In this document: positions 47,266 through 57,568 of the stretch, in pieces
Layout: each line of letters opens with the position of its first letter
How positions within the stretch are numbered: position 1 is the stretch's first letter
Source of the DNA: a virus
DNA length: 64,000 bases
Direction: 5' to 3' (one strand)
IMG/VR virus record: IMGVR_UViG_3300037502_002729
Span: 43,343-107,342 of that record
Notes under the pieces: generated by a model
Seen by the model: the letters and a program-made list of their open reading frames with translations, nothing else
Databases searched by the model: none
What the model was told of the DNA's origin: nothing
Program-made: the position numbers and the translations under genes

Positions 47266-48406
47266 TTATTAATGATGTTATATTTTCAATGTTTTTAAGT
47301 GTCAAATCTTGGTGATTTGGAACATAGAAACCATAGTTATCAACTATTTCACAATTTGGTAATGAACCTTTTCCATAAATTTTAGTCCACATAGGCTTTT
47401 TTGACATATCCCCAGCAATTAATGGTCTAATCTCAATATTGTTGTTTAGTAATCTATCAACAATTTTATTTCTATTTTCATCAATAATAGGATATGCAAA
47501 ATTTGAAATAAAATGTTCTTTTTTATCCAAAACATTAATCTTGTTATATTTAATTCTTTTTTTATACTCTTTGAAATTTATATTTCTTACTTGTGAATAT
47601 TTTTCAAGTTTATCAATAGCTTTTAAACCAATAAATGCTTGTAAATCTGTTGACCTAACATTAAACCCTGGTAAGTAGAATGTATATAATGAATCAAATT
47701 CATTTATGTTATTTTCATTCCTAAATTTATTTTGAATATGTTTTGGTAAATCTCTATCCCAGCCATGACTTCTCATCATTAGTAATGCATAATAAAAATC
47801 TTTATCATTTGTATTTATAAATCCACCCTCAATTGTACTCAAATGGTGTCCAAAATATGTTGAAAAAAATGATGCAAACCCAAAAGACCCAAGATATTGA
47901 TTATTATATTTTGAACCCATACTTTCACAAACATCCTCCAATAATATAACATCATATGTTTTGCACAAATTTATAATCTTTTCCATATCTGGAACTAAAC
48001 CCAAAGGTGAAACTAAAATAAATGCAGAAGGATTATGTTCAATAAATAAAGTTTCCAAATGTTGTAAATCACAGGATAAATCATATAAATTGCAATCACA
48101 TAAAATTGGTTGTAATCCCAATAAAATTGGGGAACTAACATCAGTTGCCCAACTTAACCCAGGAACAATTATCTTATTGTTTTTTAGTGTATTTGTATGT
48201 TTTAATGCTGCTAAAGACAAAAGTATTGCAGATGAACCTGAATTAACATACACAGAATACTTTGTACCAATTTTATTAGCCCATTTACTTTCTAACTCCC
48301 AAGTTAATTCACCTTTTGTTAATTTAGGTATTTCACCTTGAGTTAACCATTCTACTAAAGATTTTATATCATCTTTATCAATTGTATCACTTACTAATTT
48401 TATCAT
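47258..48406 (-). CDS. colD: GDP-4-keto-6-deoxy-D-mannose 3-dehydratase (ColD-type DegT/DnrJ family)
   Basis: VNSGSSA, LLEDVCESMG, STYFGHHLSTIEGG (His in place of the PLP Lys), RSHGWDRDLP, FYLPGFNVRSTD. Confidence 0.8.
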   Translation of the reverse strand: MIKLVSDTIDKDDIKSLVEWLTQGEIPKLTKGELTWELESKWANKIGTKYSVYVNSGSSAILLSLAALKHTNTLKNNKIIVPGLSWATDVSSPILLGLQPILCDCNLYDLSCDLQHLETLFIEHNPSAFILVSPLGLVPDMEKIINLCKTYDVILLEDVCESMGSKYNNQYLGSFGFASFFSTYFGHHLSTIEGGFINTNDKDFYYALLMMRSHGWDRDLPKHIQNKFRNENNINEFDSLYTFYLPGFNVRSTDLQAFIGLKAIDKLEKYSQVRNINFKEYKKRIKYNKINVLDKKEHFISNFAYPIIDENRNKIVDRLLNNNIEIRPLIAGDMSKKPMWTKIYGKGSLPNCEIVDNYGFYVPNHQDLTLKNIENITSLINE

Positions 48407-49304
48407 AATATGAGTTGTAAATTAATTTTATTCCTTCTTCCAAAGATGTAAATGTAAAATTAGGAAATATATTTTTAAACACCTTTGTTGAAACATCTTT
48501 TCTATATTGACCATTTGGTTTTGACTTGTCCCAAATTATTTTCATTTTTTCATTTTTTGTTGCTTTTAATGCTAATTTAGACATTTCTAATATTGATATA
48601 TTTTCATTAGTTGCAACATTAAAACTACTAATGATATTTTTTTCAATTATTTCCTTAATTATTTTAGCAAAATCATTAGCATACATAAACTGACGTAATG
48701 GTGTGCCATCTCCAAAAAGTGTTATTTCATTTAAATTATTCTTATTAGCATAATATATTTTTTTAATTAAAGCTGTTAAAAAATGACTTTTATCCTCATT
48801 ATCTTTATCCCCAATTCCATATAAATTACAAGGAATTAAATACTGATAGTTTAAATTATATTGTTGGTTATAGGCATCAATTTGTGTAGCCATTAAACGT
48901 TTTGAATAAGCATATGTGAAGTTAGTTTTAGTTGGTGGTCCATTATGCAACATATATTCATCTAATGGATAAGTGTCAGACACATCTGGGTATATACAAG
49001 TACTCAAAATCCCAATAAATCTTTTAATATTAAATAACCTAGATTGCTCAATCACCAATGTGTTCATTAATGTATTTTCCCTCAAGTAATCAGCTGGGTA
49101 ATTTATATTATCTATAATACCCCCAACTCTTGCAGCTAAATGCACAACAATATTTGGGGTATGTGTTTTAAACATTTTAATAACATCAGTTTCTGATGTT
49201 AAATCAAAATCTTTTGATGATATATATATAGCATTGGGTAAAATCTTTTTAAGATAACTACCAACTAATCCTGAACCACCTGTTACTAATATTTTATCTT
49301 CCAT
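48387..49304 (-). CDS. GDP-L-fucose/GDP-L-colitose synthase (Fcl/ColC-type epimerase-reductase)
   Basis: TGGSGLVG, HLAARVGGI, STCIYP, YAYSK, PCNLYG, GDGTPLRQF. Confidence 0.9.
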   Translation of the reverse strand: MEDKILVTGGSGLVGSYLKKILPNAIYISSKDFDLTSETDVIKMFKTHTPNIVVHLAARVGGIIDNINYPADYLRENTLMNTLVIEQSRLFNIKRFIGILSTCIYPDVSDTYPLDEYMLHNGPPTKTNFTYAYSKRLMATQIDAYNQQYNLNYQYLIPCNLYGIGDKDNEDKSHFLTALIKKIYYANKNNLNEITLFGDGTPLRQFMYANDFAKIIKEIIEKNIISSFNVATNENISILEMSKLALKATKNEKMKIIWDKSKPNGQYRKDVSTKVFKNIFPNFTFTSLEEGIKLIYNSYYDKISK

Positions 49305-49317
49305 ACTAAATTTTTAT

Positions 49318-50097
49318 TTATAATTTTATCCAGCCTTCACAATACAAATCATCTGTGATAAAACTAGAATTAGATAATCCAAACCAATTTTTTGGGGCAA
49401 TTACTTGTTTATTTGAATATTCATTTAACCAAGCACCCCACCAACTAAATGTTGAATTTGCAATTATATTATTCTTACACATTGACATTAAATATAAATC
49501 CTCATAGTCTAAATTGTTCTCAACAAAAATACAATTATCCAAAAAATTAAAATTAGATTTACACCAAGATATATCGTCTGAAATGATAAAATATAATACA
49601 TCTAACCCAATAATATTAATTGCTTTTTTATAAAAATCCATATTTTGAACTGGATGAACATTTTGTAATCCTACATAATCGCCTCTTCTAATGTGAATGG
49701 AGCATATATTCTCATTTTCTAAATTGGGGTATTTTTCATATAATTTATCTTTTACTGATTTAGTAGGGGATAGTAAATTTTTTATTTGTTTTTTATTTTT
49801 GTTAAAATATTTTTCTGACTGGAAATACCCATCTATTATTGTTGGCAACTTAAAATCAGGTATTTTGTGGTAGTGGAAATGTGGCTCATAATATATATTA
49901 TCATATGAAATATGATCATCTAATTTGATGTTTCTAAATATATTACCTAAATAAAATTCTAATGGTTTATGTACAACTTGAATATAATTTGGGTTTATAC
50001 CATAATTGACATTTAAATCTATTGATTTAGAGTATCCAGCAGCTACTTGAAACAAGTAATTGCCTAACCCTCCCTTTAATCTTGAGGATATTAACAT
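49318..50097 (-). CDS. GT11 alpha-1,2-fucosyl/colitosyltransferase
   Basis: GGLGNYLFQ, GYFQSEKYF, HIRRGDY, NSTFSWWGAWL. Confidence 0.92.
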   Translation of the reverse strand: MLISSRLKGGLGNYLFQVAAGYSKSIDLNVNYGINPNYIQVVHKPLEFYLGNIFRNIKLDDHISYDNIYYEPHFHYHKIPDFKLPTIIDGYFQSEKYFNKNKKQIKNLLSPTKSVKDKLYEKYPNLENENICSIHIRRGDYVGLQNVHPVQNMDFYKKAINIIGLDVLYFIISDDISWCKSNFNFLDNCIFVENNLDYEDLYLMSMCKNNIIANSTFSWWGAWLNEYSNKQVIAPKNWFGLSNSSFITDDLYCEGWIKL

Positions 50098-50909
50098 TAT
50101 TTATTTTCTTTTAATTTATTATATATAATATCATCAGGTAATATATATTTTTTTGATTCATTAAAATTATGTACTACTGATTCTAATTTTAGATTATATA
50201 AATCCTCATTTAAGTTAAAGATAATGTCTGACAAATCATCAATGTTGTTAAATGTTATAATCCCATTTAAATCAAAAAAATCACCTATAGATGGACATCC
50301 CCAATAAATAGGTATTGTGCCAGTTCTAAAACAATCAATTAATTTTTCAGTAAACCAATAATCTCTCTTACAGTTTTCAACAACTATATGAAATCTATAA
50401 TCTTTTAAACCATCTATTTTAAATGGTATAGGATTATACCCTCTACCGTAAACATTTATATCACTCCCATATTTTGATATAATATTATGTCTTAATATAT
50501 GCCCATCAGTTGATTTTTTACCTGAAGAGATAATACTTATATTCTTTTTTTTATTATAAATTTTTTGATCACTAAAATTAATCCAACAACAGCCAAATGG
50601 TACCATTTCAAAAGGTTCACCTATATCTAATAATTCTTTTTCATGTGTAAAAACTTTTTTAAAATTTTTAATATTATTTATGACATAATCATAACTAAAG
50701 TTATTAATACACATTGGTTCTATTAGCCAAGCATAAGATTTTCCATTATTTATTGCTCTTGATAAAACTAAGTCTGTATATACAATAGTATCTTTATTAT
50801 AATCTATGTTTTCTCTATCCCAAACAAAATTTTCTGATTTTTGAAAATCAGAGCAATATCCTAAAACACTATGTGAAAAAGATGCATCTAATAATTTTAC
50901 ATTATCCAT
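50097..50909 (-). CDS. GT10-like fucosyltransferase
   Basis: YRFHIVVEN...YWFTEKLIDCF..GTIPIYWG. Confidence 0.85.
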   Translation of the reverse strand: MDNVKLLDASFSHSVLGYCSDFQKSENFVWDRENIDYNKDTIVYTDLVLSRAINNGKSYAWLIEPMCINNFSYDYVINNIKNFKKVFTHEKELLDIGEPFEMVPFGCCWINFSDQKIYNKKKNISIISSGKKSTDGHILRHNIISKYGSDINVYGRGYNPIPFKIDGLKDYRFHIVVENCKRDYWFTEKLIDCFRTGTIPIYWGCPSIGDFFDLNGIITFNNIDDLSDIIFNLNEDLYNLKLESVVHNFNESKKYILPDDIIYNKLKENK

Positions 50910-50926
50910 AAATTATTTTATTAAAT

Positions 50927-51550
50927 TTAAAATTTAGTCCAGGCTTCCCAAACAAAGGGGTAATCAAATTTAATTTTAAAACCATTAGACATTAATTTAC
51001 TTCTAATCATATCTCTCCTTTCAATAGCCCTATCAACACCTAAATGATATTGTATTTGTATATTTTTAAAATTATTTATTAGATTATAATCTAACATATA
51101 CTCCATTAGTGAATATTCATCACCTTCAATGTTAATTTGTATTAAGTCAACAAAATTTATATTATTATCTAAAAGTATTTTATCAATAGGTATTGTATTG
51201 ATTTTAACTACTTCACCTACTTTAAAAGTAGTTGATGATGCATCATTAGATTTATATAAATCTTTCTCAACTTCTTTTGAATCTATTGACACTCCGCAAT
51301 TTAAAACTTTAATATTATTATTATTACTAAATTTACTAACTAAGTTATTGAAAAATTCAGGAACAGGTTCAACTAAAAATATTTTAGGTTTTAATGATTT
51401 TAGTTTTTTTAATAAAACTTCACACCATAAACCATTATATGCACCTAAATCTATTATAACTGAATTTTCATTAAATTCATAATCTATGATATGAGTGTTA
51501 TCCCCATTATCTAAGAACCATTTATTTATACTTATTTGATTATTTTCCAT
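50927..51550 (-). CDS. FkbM family methyltransferase
   Basis: IDLGAYNG, VEPVP, INIEGDEY. Confidence 0.85.
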   Translation of the reverse strand: MENNQISINKWFLDNGDNTHIIDYEFNENSVIIDLGAYNGLWCEVLLKKLKSLKPKIFLVEPVPEFFNNLVSKFSNNNNIKVLNCGVSIDSKEVEKDLYKSNDASSTTFKVGEVVKINTIPIDKILLDNNINFVDLIQINIEGDEYSLMEYMLDYNLINNFKNIQIQYHLGVDRAIERRDMIRSKLMSNGFKIKFDYPFVWEAWTKF

Positions 51551-51564
51551 ATTATATTAATTTT

Positions 51565-52188
51565 TTATTTTATCAACCAATCATAATCAATAACTTTATT
51601 CTCAATATCACTATACCCATTAAGTTGTTTTGCTATGGCTTTAGATGTAGAATATACATTGTAACTTTTTTGTATTCCAGCATAAGTAACATCAATTGGA
51701 TTATTAAATTTTGACAACCTTTCTAAAATTACATCATACATATTCTGATTAATAGCAACAAAGTGAGTTGTGAATGTATTATGTAATTTTACAATTTTTT
51801 CATTTACTTTTTTAGGGGGCAAATCACCCATATGTGTATTATGATTACCTCCCAAATACAACATATCCCAATCATCTGGTAGAACATCAAAATATGAGTC
51901 TATATTTAACACTTCATTAGTAAAATAACAATCATCTTCAAGGATTAAAATATTTTTGTAATTACTATTCTTTGCCTCTTTAATAATTTCAATATTTGAT
52001 AAAATCAATCCAACACATCCATTAGGTATTCGATAAGTGTTAATTATATTACTACCATTAATTGCTTTGAAAAAAGATAAATTACCTAAATTATATTTGG
52101 CGCATTCAGATAAAATATGATTCTTTCTATCTTCTCTATGTTCTAAATTAATGCAATACACTTTATCAAACCTATCAAATAATTTCAT
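51565..52188 (-). CDS. GT25-like glycosyltransferase
   Basis: YCINLEHREDR, ILILEDD, DWDMLYLG. Start placed at 52188. Confidence 0.85.
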   Translation of the reverse strand: MKLFDRFDKVYCINLEHREDRKNHILSECAKYNLGNLSFFKAINGSNIINTYRIPNGCVGLILSNIEIIKEAKNSNYKNILILEDDCYFTNEVLNIDSYFDVLPDDWDMLYLGGNHNTHMGDLPPKKVNEKIVKLHNTFTTHFVAINQNMYDVILERLSKFNNPIDVTYAGIQKSYNVYSTSKAIAKQLNGYSDIENKVIDYDWLIK

Positions 52189-53557
52189 TTTTAAAATTTT
52201 TAGTAATAATTTTATGGTACAATTCTTTAATATTTTTATTAGCTTCTGTTGAAATAGTTCCTGTACTTTCATGATGAAAATAAACAAACATTGGCTTTTG
52301 TATTCTCTTGCCAACATAACCATTTAACCCCATTCTAATCCAAAAATCATAATCTTCCCAACCCATTAATGTTTCATCAAAACCATTACAAATATCAAAA
52401 GCCTCTCTATGAAACATAGAACAATTTACAATAAACGGACCATTCTTTAATTGTTCCATAGACCATTCAGGTCTTTTCTCAATACCTTGCATTTCACCAA
52501 TATGTATTGTATCACAATAAACTGGGCTAATCTTTTTATTTTTATTTAAAATTTTAACACAAGTATCAATATATTCTGGAATAATCATATCATCAGCATC
52601 TAATGGTAATATATATTGACCTATTGAATTTTTTATACCATTATTTCTAGCATTTGATGGTCCTTGGTTTTCTTGATTTATAATTTTAATGTTTGGATGA
52701 TTTTTTATACTATCTAATTTTAAATTAACATAAAAATCAGTTGATCCATCATTTACTACTACCACTTCAATGTTTTTATAGGTTGAAGCAAAAATAGATT
52801 GTAGTGTTCTTTCAAATTGAATTCCATAATTATATATTGGAATTATTATAGAAACTATTGGTTGACTTTCATTTATAGTTAAAATAGGATATTTTGACTG
52901 TAATTTAATAGGTAGTTCTTTACCATATTTTTCAACAAATAATAATCTATTTTGATTCCACTTATCATTTGTCATACCAATTGAAAGGTGCGTTACCCTA
53001 ACATTTGAAATAGTGCCAATTTTAACTTTGGACAAAAAATTGCTAAAACAAAAAGATATGTCATAAAAATGAAACCCATCAAAATCCTCAATAAAATTAT
53101 TACTTATTCTATTTTTATGTACAGCAATACATAAACCATCAACAACAACTGACTCTATTATTTTTGAACCAAAAGGTTTATTATATTCAGATAACCATTT
53201 TTTACCCTCATTCTGATGAAATACTTGACCAACCATTTCTGATTGAACTTCCCACCACATTCCAGATGATGGCATATATGTTGTTCCAGCAACACCCAAT
53301 ATACCATAATCACTTTTTTCAAAGTGTTCAAATAATCTTTTTCCCCAACTTTTGGTTTCAAATATTAAATCATCATGACAAAGAACAACAATGTCATTCT
53401 TTGCCTGATTCAATATCTCATTATAAACTTTGGTTAAGGATTTCTCCCCATCATTAACAACCTCAATTATTTCTGCATCTTTAAACCCTACAGTTGTTTT
53501 TAAATGTTCAATAAATGTTGGGTTGCTTCTTCTTGTTGAAAATCCTATTGTTATCAT
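52175..53557 (-). CDS. Two-domain GT-A glycosyltransferase (GT2-like plus GT2)
   Basis: N-domain YN...CHDDL...VVDG...FHFYD; C-domain SIIIPIYN, VNDGSTD, LDADD, WEDYDFW. Confidence 0.88.
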   Translation of the reverse strand: MITIGFSTRRSNPTFIEHLKTTVGFKDAEIIEVVNDGEKSLTKVYNEILNQAKNDIVVLCHDDLIFETKSWGKRLFEHFEKSDYGILGVAGTTYMPSSGMWWEVQSEMVGQVFHQNEGKKWLSEYNKPFGSKIIESVVVDGLCIAVHKNRISNNFIEDFDGFHFYDISFCFSNFLSKVKIGTISNVRVTHLSIGMTNDKWNQNRLLFVEKYGKELPIKLQSKYPILTINESQPIVSIIIPIYNYGIQFERTLQSIFASTYKNIEVVVVNDGSTDFYVNLKLDSIKNHPNIKIINQENQGPSNARNNGIKNSIGQYILPLDADDMIIPEYIDTCVKILNKNKKISPVYCDTIHIGEMQGIEKRPEWSMEQLKNGPFIVNCSMFHREAFDICNGFDETLMGWEDYDFWIRMGLNGYVGKRIQKPMFVYFHHESTGTISTEANKNIKELYHKIITKNFKNEII

Positions 53558-53558
53558 A

Positions 53559-54173
53559 TTAATTTAATCCAGTTGACCCAAAACCATTATCCCCCCTATC
53601 AGTTTGGGGTAATTCATCCAAATTTTCAAGATTGACATATTTGCCTTGTTGAACTGGACATAATACTGCTTGGGCAATCTTCATACCTTTTTTAACCTGG
53701 TAAGTTTCTCTTGATGTGTTAAAAAGAATAACCTTAACCTCTCCAACATATCCACCATCAATTGTGGATGGTGTGTTTAGTACTGTAAGCCCATAATTGA
53801 TTGCTAATCCACTTTTTGGTCTAATTTGTATCTCATATCCATCAGGGATGTTAAAAGCTAATCCTGTGCCAACCATAACCCTCGAAAGCCCACCCAATGC
53901 AACATCCTCAATTGAATATAAATCAAATCCAGAATCTTTTTCATAGTTGTATTTTGGATCAATAGCATTAGGGGATAATTTCTTATATCCAAGGGTTTTT
54001 GATTTCATTGCATCTTCAAGAACATTGGTATAATCATCCATTGACATCCCAAGCATACTTTGAATGAAGTCTTGCATTTCTTCATCACTTAATTCTTGTC
54101 CATCCTCAACACTATCAAGGTATTGCTTTAGGTTTTCAAGTTCTTCTTGATTATAATCTTCTCTAATTTCCAT
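53559..54173 (-). CDS. dut: Trimeric dUTPase with acidic N-terminal extension
   Basis: SGFDL, QIRPKSGLA, TIDGGYVGE, KIAQ, RGDNGFGSTG. Confidence 0.95.
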   Translation of the reverse strand: MEIREDYNQEELENLKQYLDSVEDGQELSDEEMQDFIQSMLGMSMDDYTNVLEDAMKSKTLGYKKLSPNAIDPKYNYEKDSGFDLYSIEDVALGGLSRVMVGTGLAFNIPDGYEIQIRPKSGLAINYGLTVLNTPSTIDGGYVGEVKVILFNTSRETYQVKKGMKIAQAVLCPVQQGKYVNLENLDELPQTDRGDNGFGSTGLN

Positions 54174-54174
54174 T

Positions 54175-54564
54175 TTATTTGTTTTTATTGTTTAAAATTT
54201 TAGTTGTACTAATATCATATTTTTTTTCAAAAAAATCAATTCTTTTTGCGTGTTCTAATCCAATTATATTTTTTGACTTGTATTCATCCCCAATAACAAT
54301 CACATCTGGTTGATATAGGTATAAGATGTCATTTAATTCAGTATCTGTATCAAACATACAAACATCATCAACAAATTTCAAAGATTTTAACATCTTAATC
54401 CTATTCTCAACAGAATTTATTGGTCTATCATTGCCTTTTAGTTGCTTAACCCTTTCATCAGAATCAACACCAACAAAAACATATCCAAGTGTTTTTGCAT
54501 ATTCCAATAATGATATGTGTCCAATATGCAACACATCAAAGCAACCATTTACCCAAATCCTCAT
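54175..54564 (-). CDS. Cytidylyl/adenylyltransferase (RfaE domain II / TagD-like)
   Basis: NGCFDVLHIGH, GVDSD, KG..RPIN, ISTT. Confidence 0.9.
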   Translation of the reverse strand: MRIWVNGCFDVLHIGHISLLEYAKTLGYVFVGVDSDERVKQLKGNDRPINSVENRIKMLKSLKFVDDVCMFDTDTELNDILYLYQPDVIVIGDEYKSKNIIGLEHAKRIDFFEKKYDISTTKILNNKNK

Positions 54565-55262
54565 TTTAATTGAATGAGTTTTTTTATAACTTCAATCAAT
54601 ACCTCAACATCCCTTTCACAATATTTGGTAATTCCTTCAATGTTTCCATCATTCCAATATGCATCATGTACCTTATTACCAGTAACATCCATATTTTTTG
54701 AAGATTCAATACCAAGGCTAACACACATTAATTCTAAAGATGCTATTGACCCAAATTGACCATATTGCCAAATGTCTTTAGTGTCAATTGCTTTTATCTC
54801 CCAAGGTTTTGTATCATAACTTGGCAAAATTTTTGGAGGCATTAAACCATTTATCATCATTCTCTTTGCTAAGATAGGAATATCAAAACCCTTTACATTA
54901 TGCCCACAAAGGAAATAATTAAGTGACCCAACTTTTTGCAAAACCTTTTGGGTTTTTTGCAATATGTCCAATTCATCTGTGCCAGAGAATGATTGCATTT
55001 TAATTGTTCCATCATCATTAACAAATGCTAATGAAACACAAGCAATTTTTAAGAATTCACCAACAAGTGCAGATCTATTATGAAACATAGAATCAAATCC
55101 ATCAGCACCATCTTCTGGAAATCTTTTTTCAAACCAATCAAAATAATTCTCAAATTGGTATGCTAATTCTGGTCTATTTGTTTTTAGATTATCAAAATTA
55201 GCCTCACAACCAACTGTTTCAATATCTAAAAAAAGAATTTTGTTTAAAGGTACATTTATCAT
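54561..55262 (-). CDS. Stand-alone PolB-related 3'-5' exonuclease
   Basis: FLDIET, GHNVKGFDIP, YCERDV. Confidence 0.85.
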   Translation of the reverse strand: MINVPLNKILFLDIETVGCEANFDNLKTNRPELAYQFENYFDWFEKRFPEDGADGFDSMFHNRSALVGEFLKIACVSLAFVNDDGTIKMQSFSGTDELDILQKTQKVLQKVGSLNYFLCGHNVKGFDIPILAKRMMINGLMPPKILPSYDTKPWEIKAIDTKDIWQYGQFGSIASLELMCVSLGIESSKNMDVTGNKVHDAYWNDGNIEGITKYCERDVEVLIEVIKKLIQLK

Positions 55263-55269
55263 GTTATAG

Positions 55270-56490
55270 TTATTTAATTAAAGATTTATAAAATTCTGCT
55301 CTATTTTTGGTCACAGTAATTAAGGAATATTTATCCTTAACTGCTTCATACAAATTTTCACCCAAATCCTTAACCAAATTTGGATTCTTCATCAATTTCT
55401 CAATATATTTTGCCCAATCAACACCATTTCTATCTACATCAACTAATAAAGCATTCCCCCCATTTACAAATGTACCTTTATTCAAAGCATGTTTCAAGTC
55501 TATAGTGTATGGACCAAAATTTGATGCAATTAATGCTTTCTTATAAAATCCAGCCTCAATTACTTTTAATTGTGACTTCATTTCATTAAAAATATGATTC
55601 TTTATTGGTGCCAAAGATATATCAAATTTTGCATAGTTTTTAGCATAACTTGTAACAGGTTTTGTCCACACTCTTAAATAAGCCTCATCATTTTCTTTGT
55701 CATATGATTCTTGCACAAATTTAAGCAAAAATTTCTTATAATCATCACTTATAGTAGAATATTTTTGGGTAAATATTTCCTCATATCTTGCCCATACTGT
55801 TTCTTCTGGCTTTATATTTCTCTTTTTTTGTTCTCTTGTTTCTGGATTTATTTCTGTAACTGTACCCCTAGTATCAAATCCACATAAAACAAATTGTAAT
55901 TTGTTTGAATACTTTTTTAATGCTCCAAAAGATTTATCTAATAACATAAGGTCATGATGGTGTGAACTTCCTCCAAGCCAACCAACCCTAACTCTATTAG
56001 ATTCTAATGTTGGTTCATTAAATTGTGGATTTTTTGGGTCAATAGCATTTGGGAAAACAAAAACATTTTTATTATATTTTCTAATTAAATCTGCATATAT
56101 TTTTGTTGTTGTTGTAACATACCTTGATACCTTTAAATTTTCTATTATTTTTTCATTTATTTTATGTATTTTAATTATATCATGTATTGGATGTTCTTTT
56201 GTTGGCAACCAATAATCATCAATATCACAAATGGTTATAATTCCCATTTTGTTTAAATCTTGTATTAATTTATTTGCAACATCAAAATCATGTCCAATAC
56301 TTCTATGGAATGCTACAATTTGATATTCTTTCCAAAAATTTAAATCATTAATTGGTGGCTCATAATTTATATCAACATAAAAATCATTTGGATATTCATT
56401 TTGAAGGTAAATATGTGGATCAACTGATCTAAATAAGCCTACACCAGATTTGTCAGATGGTATGACTAAAACTTTTATTTTTTTGCTCAT
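55270..56490 (-). CDS. GT-B glycosyltransferase
   Basis: CDIDDYW, VGWLGGSSH, DISLAPI...FNEMKSQLKVIEAG. Confidence 0.8.
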   Translation of the reverse strand: MSKKIKVLVIPSDKSGVGLFRSVDPHIYLQNEYPNDFYVDINYEPPINDLNFWKEYQIVAFHRSIGHDFDVANKLIQDLNKMGIITICDIDDYWLPTKEHPIHDIIKIHKINEKIIENLKVSRYVTTTTKIYADLIRKYNKNVFVFPNAIDPKNPQFNEPTLESNRVRVGWLGGSSHHHDLMLLDKSFGALKKYSNKLQFVLCGFDTRGTVTEINPETREQKKRNIKPEETVWARYEEIFTQKYSTISDDYKKFLLKFVQESYDKENDEAYLRVWTKPVTSYAKNYAKFDISLAPIKNHIFNEMKSQLKVIEAGFYKKALIASNFGPYTIDLKHALNKGTFVNGGNALLVDVDRNGVDWAKYIEKLMKNPNLVKDLGENLYEAVKDKYSLITVTKNRAEFYKSLIK

Positions 56491-56530
56491 TTTTATATTT
56501 TATGATAAAATATAATGTATAAAATCAAAA

Positions 56531-56565
56531 AAAAAAGCAATATGTGGAAATTACATATTGCTTTT
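56531..56565. terminator. Intrinsic terminator (minus-strand or bidirectional)
   Basis: AAAAAGCAATATGT-ggaaatt-ACATATTGCTTTTT. Confidence 0.75.
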
Positions 56566-56587
56566 TATAAATAAAACAATTGGATAT

Positions 56588-57163
56588 TTAACTCTTAATT
56601 TTTTTAATCTTATTTATTTTGCCCTCAAAAATATGAGACCCCACCCTAAATTGAAAAAAATCATCAGATTTTTCTGTACTTTCAGTTAATAGTCCCATTT
56701 CTTTAATAGTAGATTTAACTGTTTCCTTAACAATCTTTTTGATATATTCAGCATCTATTTTTGGAGTATTTAATTGTTTTTGTTCATTAACATTTTGTTT
56801 TGGTTTATTCCCCATTAATTGTGCAGCTTTTTCAATCATACTATCAGTTAGTATGTTTTTTGTCATTTGTGGTTGAACTTGTGCAATTGGATGTTCAATC
56901 ATAATTCTTTTTATCTCATCTGGTAGCCTTGATTTTTTTATGGCATCTGCTGATGGTGTTTCAGGTGTTCTTAATGGCATTACTGGTGCCACCATTTCAT
57001 TTTCTGTTAATATATCATCTGGTATGTTATATTTTGCATTTGTAATATTCATATTCATTCCATCTATTGAAGGCATACTTGAAGCATTTCCTCTACCCAT
57101 ATTGTTGTGCATATCCATTATAGCTTTGGACTTCACCAATTTTTGCATTAAATCATTTTCCAT
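56588..57163 (-). CDS. Hypothetical protein
   Basis: Start placed at the Met at 57163. Confidence 0.75.
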   Translation of the reverse strand: MENDLMQKLVKSKAIMDMHNNMGRGNASSMPSIDGMNMNITNAKYNIPDDILTENEMVAPVMPLRTPETPSADAIKKSRLPDEIKRIMIEHPIAQVQPQMTKNILTDSMIEKAAQLMGNKPKQNVNEQKQLNTPKIDAEYIKKIVKETVKSTIKEMGLLTESTEKSDDFFQFRVGSHIFEGKINKIKKIKS

Positions 57164-57167
57164 TTTA

Positions 57168-57566
57168 TTATATGTTTTGTTCAAATTCTGCTTTAACAAT
57201 GCAAACCCCTCCAGCAAAAGTCTTATCTCCATTAAAATTATAACCTTCTCTTGGATTAGTAAATAGTTCACCAGTTGGATTTAATGACATTATTTTATCT
57301 AGTCTAAATATTCTCCACCCTGGTAATATTTGTTTACCCAAGTAGCCTGTATGTGATGCACCTTCAATGTCATAAGCTCTAACTGCCTTGTTTCCACGTT
57401 TTGTTGTCCCAAGACAAACAGGTTCAATCAATCTTAATCCTTTTCCACCAGGTTCATCTCCATCATAATATATAACACAAACTTGTTTTCCCCTTATTGC
57501 AGATGCAATGGATTCAATAGATGCAATTTCTGTTAATAAGGTTTTTAATGTTGTTGTTAGTTTCAT
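57168..57566 (-). CDS. Stand-alone WYL-like domain protein
   Basis: IYY....G.R.IEP..LG...RAY...GWRIFRLDKI. Confidence 0.7.
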   Translation of the reverse strand: MKLTTTLKTLLTEIASIESIASAIRGKQVCVIYYDGDEPGGKGLRLIEPVCLGTTKRGNKAVRAYDIEGASHTGYLGKQILPGWRIFRLDKIMSLNPTGELFTNPREGYNFNGDKTFAGGVCIVKAEFEQNI

Positions 57567-57568
57567 AA

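Noticed and set aside
47258-48406. Perosamine synthase or RfbH (E1)
   Set aside because: It lacks the Schiff-base Lys of Per and the Cys-rich Fe-S motif of RfbH. The motifs fit ColD.
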